NCBI GenBank assembly: GCA_024275895.1
Contig: JAJRYE010000046.1
Coordinates: 25,411 to 89,410 of the forward strand
DNA from: Alphaproteobacteria bacterium
GTDB lineage: Bacteria > Pseudomonadota > Alphaproteobacteria > Rhizobiales > BM303
Direction: 5' to 3'
DNA: 64,000 nucleotides
Shown here: piece after piece, positions 37,846 through 46,833 of the stretch
Numbering within the stretch: the stretch's first letter is position 1
Layout of the letters: the number at the start of each line of letters is the position of its first letter
Translations under genes and position numbers: made by a program
Notes under the pieces: model-generated
What the model saw: only the letters and a program-made list of their open reading frames with translations
The model's database searches: none
Told to the model about the DNA's origin: nothing

Positions 37846-38691
37846 ATGGGGGAAATACAGAAAATGGAGACAATACGGAACTCTTTGAAAAATATGGTAA
37901 TGGCCGGGTTGCTCGCTACAGCAGCCGGGTTCGGGTTCAGCGCATCTGCTCTTGCCGAAGGCGATGACAAGGATGCTCATGAAGCCGCCGTGATGGAACT
38001 GGTTGTGAAAAAGGGGATTCCCATCCCCCCGGACTATATTGAAAGCCTGTTCAAAATTCCCAACGCTTTTGGCGAAGGGGCCGCATGCGTGATCTGTCAC
38101 AGCTCCAATGATCCCAAAAAAGCCTATCGCGGTCTTGACCTGTCAAGCTGTCAGGGGCTTTTGAAAGGCTCGATGGAAGCTCCGGTGCGCAAGGTGGTTA
38201 TTCCCGGAAAACCCAAAGCGGGCTTCCTGCGCCGGTTCCTGCGCAATAACCGCATGCCGCTGGGTGTGGCTTTCGACTATCCGACCGATACGGAGAATAT
38301 TCTGGCCGTTAAGAAATGGATTGATGACGGGGCCAGGGACAGCAATCACTTCGAGCAAAAAATCCTTCCCCTTTTCGCCCAGAGGAATGCGTTCGGGACC
38401 GAACATACCTGCGTTGAATGCCATATGTCCAATCAGGAGCCGCCCAGCTTCCACGAGCTGAACATGTCAAGCTACAAGGGCATCATGCTCGGGGCCGATG
38501 CTGTCGCCAAGGCCGCCGAAGGCAAGCCGCCGGTCAAGATCGTGATCCCCGGAGATTCGGCAAACAGCAAGCTGTATCAGCGCCTTGTCGAAAACCGCAT
38601 GCCCGCCGGCGTTGATCCGGGTGAAAACCGCAATCACCCGAATCTGCAGATATTGCTGTCATGGATCAAACAGGGCGCTAAATGCAAATAA
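37846..38691 (+). CDS. Exported diheme c-type cytochrome with two repeated planctomycete-cytochrome-c-like domains
   Basis: Signal peptide; CVICH and CVECH; each half has NAFG, L.(L/M)SS..G...G, VIPG, NRMP, WI..GA. Confidence 0.85.
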   Translation: MGEIQKMETIRNSLKNMVMAGLLATAAGFGFSASALAEGDDKDAHEAAVMELVVKKGIPIPPDYIESLFKIPNAFGEGAACVICHSSNDPKKAYRGLDLSSCQGLLKGSMEAPVRKVVIPGKPKAGFLRRFLRNNRMPLGVAFDYPTDTENILAVKKWIDDGARDSNHFEQKILPLFAQRNAFGTEHTCVECHMSNQEPPSFHELNMSSYKGIMLGADAVAKAAEGKPPVKIVIPGDSANSKLYQRLVENRMPAGVDPGENRNHPNLQILLSWIKQGAKCK

Positions 38692-39812
38692 ACCGCAAGG
38701 GCCGGTCATCGCCGTCCGGCCCGGCGATTTCGCGCCGCCGTTTTCTGGCCTGGATTTCAGGCCTGGCGGCGGCCTCCGCCTGTTCGTCCCCGGGCATGGG
38801 CAAGACCGCGGGCGCAAGGCTCATTGGCCGCTGGCAAACGGGCAACCGCAATCTGGTTCCGTTCACCTGTAAAAACGGCCTTGTATATGTTGCCGGAGAC
38901 AACAGCGTTGAGGTCTGGAAACCGGGGCAGGATCAACCGCTCTGGCAGCGCAAACTTGCCCGCCCCTCCGCCTTCCGGCCGCGGCTGGGCAACACAATCC
39001 TGCTGGTATCGGGCCGCACGCACATGTCGGCCTGGCAGCGCGGCACCGGCGCGCATCTGTGGTCGCGGGAGCCTGCCGGGGACAGGCAGTTTGCCGTCCC
39101 GCTGATCCATGACGGCCGCATTTATTTTGGACAGGGGCCTAAAATTATCAGCCTTGACGCCGCCACGGGAAAACGTCTCTGGGATTTTGCCACGACACCA
39201 GAGACCAGCAGCGCTTATGCGCCCACTGCCTGCAGGGATATGATTTTGTTCGGGCCCGGCGACGGCATTCTTTACGCCTTTGAGGCAGTGAGCGGCAGGC
39301 TTTTATGGCAGCTGGACCGGGAGAAGGACTGGCAATATCTGCGCCAGCTCCATATGAGCGGCGATATCCTGATCGCCGGCGGCTATAAAGAGCATCTTTA
39401 CGGGCTGGGCGTCAAGGATGGCCGCCAGCTCTGGCGTTTTTATGCCGGCAATTTCATAAACTCCCATCTTGTCTCTGACGGCATGGTGTTTTTCTGGTCG
39501 CCCACGGGGTGGATATATGCTCTGGATGCGGCCAGCGGCAAACGCCTGTGGCGGCACCGGACCACAGATTATAAAAAGGCATCGCGTAAAAAAAACTGGG
39601 CGCCGGTCATGGCGGAACTGGTGGCTGATCACAAATATCTCTATGTGCTGGCCATGGACCGTGTCCTGCACGTGCTTGACAAGAATACCGGCCTCAAGGC
39701 ACGGACCTGCCGCCTTGGCGTTGCCGTGCGGCCGTTTGTCTGCCTGACCGCGGAGCCGGGCAAAGTTCTCCTTGGCTCCATGCACAGGGCGAGATTTTAC
39801 ATTTTGATCTGA
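38682..39812 (+). CDS. Tat-exported PQQ-like (BamB-type) beta-propeller protein
   Basis: SRRRFL Tat motif followed by ASAC; repeated (A/D)..TG..LW blades; start overlaps the cytochrome stop. Confidence 0.8.
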   Translation: MQINRKGRSSPSGPAISRRRFLAWISGLAAASACSSPGMGKTAGARLIGRWQTGNRNLVPFTCKNGLVYVAGDNSVEVWKPGQDQPLWQRKLARPSAFRPRLGNTILLVSGRTHMSAWQRGTGAHLWSREPAGDRQFAVPLIHDGRIYFGQGPKIISLDAATGKRLWDFATTPETSSAYAPTACRDMILFGPGDGILYAFEAVSGRLLWQLDREKDWQYLRQLHMSGDILIAGGYKEHLYGLGVKDGRQLWRFYAGNFINSHLVSDGMVFFWSPTGWIYALDAASGKRLWRHRTTDYKKASRKKNWAPVMAELVADHKYLYVLAMDRVLHVLDKNTGLKARTCRLGVAVRPFVCLTAEPGKVLLGSMHRARFYILI

Positions 39813-39872
39813 ATTCAGACGCCTGACGGGGGCAGATACCGGGAGATAACTTTTTCACGTCCCGGCGCGGTT

Positions 39873-40475
39873 TTAATTCACCACTTCACCCGGATAGACG
39901 CCCCACAAGGTATTTTGCGCCACCCAGCCTTTATAGTCTCCGACGACAACCGAACACCAGCTTCCGCTGCACTGGCGCACTTTCGCCATCACGCCGGGCT
40001 CCAGGAAAGCGATGATTTTGGAAAGATGCGAGGGTTTTTCTGCCAGCTCGATCCGCCCCTGTTTTTCCCACGGCGCCACCGTAACCATGCGGGTACCCGA
40101 AAGCAGGGAGTGAAACACCCAGCCCTCTTCACCGTCGGCATCGCGAATCCGCCGCCAGTTTTCAAATTCGGCAATGACCTCCACCGGCAGGCCCTTGCGG
40201 TTGAAAACCCACTGCACGGCATGATTGGTTCCGGGCCCGCGCCTGATATTAATGCGGCTTTTCTTGAGGCTGACAAAGCGCGGCAGCGGCAATCCGCTGA
40301 TTGAGGTCCCGCGCGGCGCCGGCGCCAGCGAGGCCCGCGCGCTCGGAGTGCCCTCGACGCTCAGCAATCCCCGGTCATAGACAATGCCGCCCAGCCCGGC
40401 CAGAATTGCGGCGCCAAGCAGGATAAGACCGTAAAAACGGAAGGATCTTCTATATGAACGTGGTGTATTCCCCAT
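39873..40475 (-). CDS. Bacterial SH3-domain protein (two SH3_4 repeats)
   Basis: SGLPLPRFVSLK, RRGPG, GLPVEVIAEFENWRRIRD, GWV...LWGVYP; start inferred. Confidence 0.88.
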   Translation of the reverse strand: MGNTPRSYRRSFRFYGLILLGAAILAGLGGIVYDRGLLSVEGTPSARASLAPAPRGTSISGLPLPRFVSLKKSRINIRRGPGTNHAVQWVFNRKGLPVEVIAEFENWRRIRDADGEEGWVFHSLLSGTRMVTVAPWEKQGRIELAEKPSHLSKIIAFLEPGVMAKVRQCSGSWCSVVVGDYKGWVAQNTLWGVYPGEVVN

Positions 40476-40669
40476 CCCGATACTGTTTCCCGAAACCAAT
40501 GCCCCCTTCCCAATTTTCAATTTTGAGATGATTTTGTCAATACGCACGGGAATGCCCTTTGTGTTTTTAAAAGCTTCTGCTAGAGATTTCATGGCAAGGG
40601 TTCGGCCTCGGGAAAATTCTAGCGCAAACACAGTTAACGAGCCTTAAATAAAATTGCAGGATAGCATCC

Positions 40670-41662
40670 ATGACCACGTCCAAACCTCTCGTCATCATCA
40701 CACGCAAACTCCCTGACATTATCGAGACAAGGATGCGGGAGCTTTTTGACGCCCGGTTGAATCTGGAGGATATCCCCATGGACCGCGCGGCGCTGATCGA
40801 GGCGGTCGCCAGGGCCGATGTCATTGTCCCTACCATCACCGACCGCCTTGACGCCGGGATTCTCGAGGCGGCCGGACCAAATTTGAAAATGATCGCCAAT
40901 TTCGGCACCGGCGTTGACAATATCGACATGCAGGCGGCCGAAGCGCGTGGCATAACGGTGAGCAACACCCAGGGCGCGCTGACCGAGGATACCGCCGATA
41001 TGACCATGGCTCTCATTCTGGCCACCGCGCGGCGACTGGTCGAGGGGGTGCAGGTGATCAAGACCGGAACGCCCGAATGGAAAGGCTGGTCGCCCACCTG
41101 GATGCTGGGATCGCGCATCTGGGGCAAGCGCATCGGCATTATCGGCATGGGCTCCATCGGCGCGGCACTGGCGCGGCGCGCCAAGGCCTTTGGCCTGCAA
41201 ATCCATTATCACAATCGTAACCGGGTTACCGATGAGCTTGAGGAAGAGCTTGAGGCCACCTATTGGGAAAGCCTTGACCAGATGCTGGCCCGGATGGATA
41301 TCATCTCCGTCAACTGCCCCCATACCCCGGCGACCTATCACCTGCTCTCGGCCCGCCGGTTGCGCCTCATGCGGCCCGACGCCTATATCGTCAACACCGC
41401 CCGCGGCGAGGTTATTGACGAAAACGCCCTGGCGCAGATGATCGAGGCCGGCGAGCTGGCCGGCGCCGGGCTTGATGTTTTCGAACATGCCCCCGCCGTC
41501 AATCCCAAGCTCAAGGCAAGCGATAAAGTGGTGCTCCTGCCCCATATGGGCTCAGCCACCCTTGAAGGGCGGGTTGAAATGGGCGAGATGGTGATTATCA
41601 ATATCAAGACCTTTATCGATGGTCATGTGCCGCCGCACCGGGTATTGCTGGAAATGCTTTAA
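40670..41662 (+). CDS. D-2-hydroxyacid dehydrogenase (glyoxylate reductase-like)
   Basis: GTGVDNID, GIIGMGSIG, VNTARG, GLDVFE, LPHMGSAT. Confidence 0.93.
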   Translation: MTTSKPLVIITRKLPDIIETRMRELFDARLNLEDIPMDRAALIEAVARADVIVPTITDRLDAGILEAAGPNLKMIANFGTGVDNIDMQAAEARGITVSNTQGALTEDTADMTMALILATARRLVEGVQVIKTGTPEWKGWSPTWMLGSRIWGKRIGIIGMGSIGAALARRAKAFGLQIHYHNRNRVTDELEEELEATYWESLDQMLARMDIISVNCPHTPATYHLLSARRLRLMRPDAYIVNTARGEVIDENALAQMIEAGELAGAGLDVFEHAPAVNPKLKASDKVVLLPHMGSATLEGRVEMGEMVIINIKTFIDGHVPPHRVLLEML

Positions 41663-41752
41663 ATCCCCGGCAACAGGCACAAGTTGACAGAATCAGGTCA
41701 TTTGCGCAGCATGGCCCTTATTCTCGCCGGATTTGGTACGCAAGAAAGATCG

Positions 41753-42445
41753 ATGAACCCATCTTCTCATACATTATTGTCGAAAACGGTTTTTTTCCTC
41801 CTTGCCCTGGGCACGTTGCTGGTGTTCACGCCAGGCGCGGCGCAAGCCGCCAAGCGCGACAAGCCCGGGGCGCTGGTCCTGACCAGGGAAGAACGCGCCG
41901 AGGTCAAACGCATCAACGCCTATCTCAACAAGATCATTCATCTTGAGGGCGATTTTGTCCAGATCGGTCCTGACGGGCAGGTCTCCGAGGGGCGGTTTTA
42001 CCTGCGCCGCCCCGGGCGCATGCGCTTCAGCTATAATCCGCCCAATCCCATACTGGTCGTGGCGGACGGGTTCTGGATCGGCATTACCAATTCCAGGCTC
42101 AAAACCACCGACCGCATTCCGATCCGGGCAACGCCGATCTGGGCGCTGGTCGAAAAACGCGTCGATCTGATGAAATCATCCCGCATTGTGGAAATTGATA
42201 TCGAACCGGAGCTGCGCACCCTGACCATCGAGGACGCCAAGGGCAAGGCAAACGGCCAGTTGACCCTGATCTTTCAGGGCGAGCCGATGGAGCTCAAACA
42301 GTGGATCGTCAAGGACCCGCAAGGGCTGATCACAACCGTATCCCTGTCCAATCTGGTCAAGAACAAACCGGCCCGCATCACCCTTTTCACCATCAAGGAC
42401 ATTAATCCGCCCCAACGCGTCAGCCCGTTGGGGGATGACCGTTAG
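41753..42445 (+). CDS. lolA: Outer-membrane lipoprotein carrier LolA family
   Basis: Signal peptide, GDFVQ, G.FYLRRPGRMRF.Y, LKQW...D. Confidence 0.85.
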   Translation: MNPSSHTLLSKTVFFLLALGTLLVFTPGAAQAAKRDKPGALVLTREERAEVKRINAYLNKIIHLEGDFVQIGPDGQVSEGRFYLRRPGRMRFSYNPPNPILVVADGFWIGITNSRLKTTDRIPIRATPIWALVEKRVDLMKSSRIVEIDIEPELRTLTIEDAKGKANGQLTLIFQGEPMELKQWIVKDPQGLITTVSLSNLVKNKPARITLFTIKDINPPQRVSPLGDDR

Positions 42446-42712
42446 GGCACTTCTTAGAAAATTGGGAACCGGTTTTCCGCTAAAAAGTGCGGCAACAACC
42501 AATAATTAGTGCCTGGTTTTGATTCAGCCACATCGTGCATGACATTAGCCATTATTGCGCTTGCCAGCCCTTATTCCATCATTCCTGCGCAGGCGGGAAT
42601 CTTAGGAGATATGCTGCTTTGTTGCAGTCAAAACCGGAAAGGCTATGGAGCGTGCCCTGTTTTATCTGATTCGGCACCGGCCCGGTGCCGGTTAAACATG
42701 ACATGCTCCAGG
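42443..42712. repeat. Composite repeat cluster: Bru-RS-like element with ~100-bp internal insert, followed by REP-like palindrome copy 2
   Basis: TAGGGCAC...GGGAACCGGTTTTCC...TTAGTGCCTGGTTTTGATTCA [insert] TCAAAACCGGAAAGGCTA, then CGGCACCGGCCCGGTGCCGGTTAAACATG. Confidence 0.65.
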
Positions 42713-42715
42713 CGT

Positions 42716-43018
42716 TCATTCTTCCCCGAAGCGCTCATCCACCAGATTGCTCAGGGCGTCCAGAGCCTCGGCCGCATCAGGTCCGGTGGCGGTCACGCCG
42801 ATCCGGCTTCCAGGTCCCGCCGCCAGCATCAGCAGGCCCATTATCGATGTGGCGCTAACCTGCTCTCCCTTGCGTGAGACGGTAATATCCGCATCGAAAC
42901 TTTCGGCGCATTTGACAAATTTCGCCGAGGCACGCGCATGCAGCCCGCGGATATTACTGATGGTCAAAACCCGGCTTTGCGACCGGGCCGAACGTACGGA
43001 GCCCGGGGTTTCAGTCAT
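42716..43018 (-). CDS. ptsH: HPr/NPr phosphocarrier protein
   Basis: GLHARASAKFV and ATSIMGLLML motifs; ATG overlaps the upstream EIIA stop. Confidence 0.93.
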   Translation of the reverse strand: MTETPGSVRSARSQSRVLTISNIRGLHARASAKFVKCAESFDADITVSRKGEQVSATSIMGLLMLAAGPGSRIGVTATGPDAAEALDALSNLVDERFGEE

Positions 43019-43415
43019 TCCCGGACAAAACCTTGCTGGCAATATTGATATAATTGCGCGCCGCATCCTGGCTGAGCCGGGCAGCTTCATCAAGCGTCGC
43101 GCCGCAACGCACTGACTGAAGCTTGATCAGCATCGGCAGATTCACCCCCGCGATCACCTCCAGCCCCGAGCGCCCCATGAGGGAAATGGCCAGATTGGAA
43201 GGGGTGCCGCCGAACATATCAGTCAGGATAATCACCCCCTTGCCGCTATCCACCTTATCCACGGCGGCGGAGATATCCTTGCGGCGCTTTTCCATGTCAT
43301 CATCGGGTCCGATGGAAATCATTTCAAGATTTTCAACCGGGCCGACGATATGCTCAAGCGCCGCGCCAAACTCGCGCGCCAGATGACCATGCGTTACCAG
43401 TACCATACCAATCAT
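43011..43415 (-). CDS. manX: PTS EIIA mannose/fructose-type subunit (ManX-like)
   Basis: VLVTHG, LTDMFGGTPSN, GVNLPML. Confidence 0.92.
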   Translation of the reverse strand: MIGMVLVTHGHLAREFGAALEHIVGPVENLEMISIGPDDDMEKRRKDISAAVDKVDSGKGVIILTDMFGGTPSNLAISLMGRSGLEVIAGVNLPMLIKLQSVRCGATLDEAARLSQDAARNYINIASKVLSGND

Positions 43416-43475
43416 TTTTCCACCCTAAAATGATTTTCCCGGCGGCGCCATATCTGTTTTGCCGCCATATCCGAT

Positions 43476-43925
43476 TTATCCATCGTGACCCGGTTGCCGC
43501 AAAATAGACACCGCCATCCTGATTTTGGCGACAGCGGAAGCCTCAAACGGGTTCAGGCGCAGATGCGGCAGTTCCACATCCCTGACCATGATGCGGTTTT
43601 GGGGAAATTCCGGCGCTCTTTCAATATCGCCCCCTGCGGCAAGATCGACCACCAGCCCCAAAGTAATGCTGTCGCAAACCGGTATTTGCACCACTCCGAT
43701 GCCGCGCACTTCAAGCTGTCCGCGAAGAACAGAAGGGGCCGAGGCCACAAGCCGCCCCTGCTTCCTTGCAAGGACAACCCGGTCATCAGCGACAAGCCTT
43801 GCCGGATATGAAGCATTGTCCTCAAGCAGCCGCAGCGCAAGATCGGATTTGCCGGCCCCTGATCTGCCACGCAGCAATACGCCAAGACCCGCAATGTCAA
43901 GACATGTGCCGTGCAGTGTAATCAT
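43476..43925 (-). CDS. hprK: HPr kinase/phosphorylase (short alphaproteobacterial form)
   Basis: LHGTC, GRSGAGKSDLAL, LVADDRV, LEVRGIG. Confidence 0.92.
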   Translation of the reverse strand: MITLHGTCLDIAGLGVLLRGRSGAGKSDLALRLLEDNASYPARLVADDRVVLARKQGRLVASAPSVLRGQLEVRGIGVVQIPVCDSITLGLVVDLAAGGDIERAPEFPQNRIMVRDVELPHLRLNPFEASAVAKIRMAVSILRQPGHDG

Positions 43926-45730
43926 GACAAGGCTTGACTCTCCCCCGCTTTTACGGCCAGGGCGGGCAGATGAACCACGAACCTTGCGCCGGAGCTCAGG
44001 AGCTGACCATCAGCGTCCTTGCGGTTTTCAACAAAAACACGTCCGTCATGAGCCTCGATGATCTGTTTGGAAATGCTCAGCCCCAACCCTGAATTTTGCC
44101 CGAAAGCGCCTTCCTGCGGCCGGTCGGTATAAAACCGCTCAAAGATCCGGCCGCGCATATCAGGGTCAACGCCGGGTCCCTCATCCTCAACCGCAATTTC
44201 CAGAATTTCGCCGTTTCTGCGGATAATGACGCGAACCGGCGCATTCTCGGGCGAGAAAGAAAGGGCGTTGTCGATCAGATTGCGTACCACCTGCCCCAGA
44301 CGGGCGCCCTGCCCCATGACGCAAAAGTTATTTTCAGCCGCCGTTTCCCGGTTGACGATTTCAAGCTTGATTCCGGGGCCTGATTTGCGGGTCTCATTTG
44401 ATGTCGAAACCACACTGTAGAGCATTTGGGCCATATCAACCGGCGCCATTTCCTCGCGCGAGAGCTCCGCGTCAAGGCGCGAAGCGGCTGAAATATCGGT
44501 GATCAGGCGGTTTAACCTTTGCACATCGAACTGGATAATCTCAATCAGGCGTTTGCGCGAAGCCTCATCCTTTGCCACCGGCAGGGTCTCAACTGCGCTG
44601 CGCAGGGAGGTCAGCGGGTTTTTCAGCTCATGTGCCACATCGGCGGCAAAGCTCTCAATGGCGTCAATCCGGTCATAAAGGGCTGAAGTCATATCCCTGA
44701 GCGCGCCGGAAAGATGGCCGATTTCATCGCTGCGATAGGTAAAATCAGGGATTTCCTCACGCACATGATGCCCCTTGCGCACCCGCTCGGCCGCCGCCGC
44801 CAGACGTTTTACCGGCCCGACAATGGCGCTGGCCAGCAAAAAGGACATTAAAATCGTCACCCCGGCGGCAACCAGAAACACCCTTAAAATGCCCCAGCGT
44901 TCGGCGCTGACAATGGCGTCAATATCGCCGCCCTTGGTGGAAAGAACCAGCGCCCCCAGAACCGCCCGGAAACGCTGCACGGGCACGGCGACAAACACGA
45001 TCATCTCGCCCCTTTTGTTCACCCGGACCACCGAAACCGAAGCGCCGGACAAGGCAGCGGTAACTTCGGGGTATTTCTTGCCCTCATCAGGGCCGTACTC
45101 CTCGAAAAACGGCAGATCGCCGCGGCGTAAAAAGGCTTTGATACTGCGCCAGATTTCCCGGAATATGCTTGTGTCCTCCTCGCCGGGCGGCGGCAAATCA
45201 TAGCGCAGGATCTGGCCGCGGGTGAACAGATCGCGCGTATCAACCACAATAACCCCCTCGCGGTCATAGATGCGCGCTCTTGCCCTTGCCGGTTTGATCA
45301 GCCGCCGCAATACCGGTGCGGCGCGTTCCGGGTTAATGGGAAAATCCAGCGATTTGATCTCTTCTTCCGCCGGCGAGAGGCTCTCGCCCGGCCTGAGTGA
45401 CAAAAGCGCTTCTGGGTCTATGCTGAGCAGATCTGAATCAATGGTCGCCGACGAGGCGATGGCGCTGGCGATAATCTCGGCCTGAGTGCGCAGGGACTGG
45501 ACCTTGGCGTCAATCAGCCCGGCCCGGAACTGGTTGAGATACAAGATACCGGCCACGAGCAGGGCAAGAGCGACCAGATTTAAAATAACAATGCGCCGCG
45601 TCAGGGACGAGAACCAGGTGTTCAGGGTCCAGCTACCGCGTTTCTTTTGCGGTTTTTCGCTTTTGATGCCTTTGCGGGACGCCGGTGCCCGCGCTATCCC
45701 GGCGCTATCATGTCCAGCCTCAAGGGTCAT
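43922..45730 (-). CDS. chvG: Sensor histidine kinase ChvG/ExoS/BvrS
   Basis: SSLTRRIV..NL, LDFPINPE, HAMP domain, FAADVAHELKNPLTSLRSAVE, FYTDRP...NSGLGL. Confidence 0.95.
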   Translation of the reverse strand: MTLEAGHDSAGIARAPASRKGIKSEKPQKKRGSWTLNTWFSSLTRRIVILNLVALALLVAGILYLNQFRAGLIDAKVQSLRTQAEIIASAIASSATIDSDLLSIDPEALLSLRPGESLSPAEEEIKSLDFPINPERAAPVLRRLIKPARARARIYDREGVIVVDTRDLFTRGQILRYDLPPPGEEDTSIFREIWRSIKAFLRRGDLPFFEEYGPDEGKKYPEVTAALSGASVSVVRVNKRGEMIVFVAVPVQRFRAVLGALVLSTKGGDIDAIVSAERWGILRVFLVAAGVTILMSFLLASAIVGPVKRLAAAAERVRKGHHVREEIPDFTYRSDEIGHLSGALRDMTSALYDRIDAIESFAADVAHELKNPLTSLRSAVETLPVAKDEASRKRLIEIIQFDVQRLNRLITDISAASRLDAELSREEMAPVDMAQMLYSVVSTSNETRKSGPGIKLEIVNRETAAENNFCVMGQGARLGQVVRNLIDNALSFSPENAPVRVIIRRNGEILEIAVEDEGPGVDPDMRGRIFERFYTDRPQEGAFGQNSGLGLSISKQIIEAHDGRVFVENRKDADGQLLSSGARFVVHLPALAVKAGESQALS

Positions 45731-45757
45731 GGTTCAGCTCTCCAACCATGAAAGACT

Positions 45758-46459
45758 CTAGGCCTCCTTGAAACGGTATCCGACGCCGTAGAGCGTCTCG
45801 ATGGAATTGAAATTTGCATCAACCGCCTTGAATTTCTTGCGCAGCCGCTTGATGTGACTGTCGATGGTCCGGTCATCGACATAAACCTGATCATCATAGG
45901 CGGCGTCCATCAGCGCATCGCGGCTTTTGACAATTCCGGGGCGCTGGGCAAGCGATTGCAGGATCAGATATTCGGTGACCGTGAGCGTCACCGGCACCCC
46001 GTCCCAAGTGCTCAAGTGACGGTCCGGGTCCATCACCAGCTTGCCGCGTTCAAAGGATTTTCCGCTTTGCTCCGCCGCGCCGGAAATCTGCTCGCGCGGC
46101 CGCGAACGGCGCAGCACCGCCTTGACCCTCTCCAGCAGCAGGCGCTGGGAAAACGGCTTGCAGATATAATCATCCGCGCCCATTTTCAGACCGAACAGCT
46201 CGTCAATCTCGTCATCCTTGGAGGTGAGGAAGATAACCGGCAGGTTGGATTTCTGCCGCAACCGCCGCAAAAGCTCCATACCATCCATGCGCGGCATCTT
46301 GATATCGAATATGGCGATATCGGGCGGGTTGTCCTGCAGCCCCGAAAGCGCCGTTGAACCATCGGTATAGGTGCGCACCTCATAGCCTTCCGCTTCCAGG
46401 GCCATGCTGACCGATGTCAGAATATTGCGGTCGTCATCGACCAGTGAAATACTCGCCAT
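45758..46459 (-). CDS. chvI: Response regulator ChvI/BvrR
   Basis: [50 protein letters not shown]. Confidence 0.96.
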   Translation of the reverse strand: MASISLVDDDRNILTSVSMALEAEGYEVRTYTDGSTALSGLQDNPPDIAIFDIKMPRMDGMELLRRLRQKSNLPVIFLTSKDDEIDELFGLKMGADDYICKPFSQRLLLERVKAVLRRSRPREQISGAAEQSGKSFERGKLVMDPDRHLSTWDGVPVTLTVTEYLILQSLAQRPGIVKSRDALMDAAYDDQVYVDDRTIDSHIKRLRKKFKAVDANFNSIETLYGVGYRFKEA

Positions 46460-46627
46460 GTCTTGGCACTCCAGCTTGTTATTTTCGTGCAGATGAAATC
46501 GGGTTACTTAGTAATCGGATCGAAACGGGACTTTGACAACCGCACATGAATAATGGCTTTTCTGGTCTCTGTATAGCACAGTATCGCCGCCCGCCCATAG
46601 AGCTACAATGCTTCATCTTTCGATCTT

Positions 46628-46668
46628 AACGGCACCGGGCCGGTGCCGGTTAAACATGGAAGACTTTA
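46628..46668. repeat. REP-like palindrome, copy 3
   Basis: AACGGCACCGGGCCGGTGCCGGTTAAACATGGAAGACTTTA. Confidence 0.7.
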
Positions 46669-46833
46669 AGCGCAGTTGGATCATGGAATGAGACTTGCGA
46701 TTTCTGTCACATCCTGTAGGTTCGGCGCGAAATCATTAACCATTGTTATCGCTTCATATGTTTTGCTGTTTTGCGCCGCGCACGGCGGTGCTGAACATCT
46801 CCATTATATGCCCGAGAAAGAGGAAAACCGCTT

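Noticed and set aside
42509-42877. 122-aa ORF between lolA and ptsH
   Set aside because: It spans the repeat cluster and overlaps ptsH antisense.
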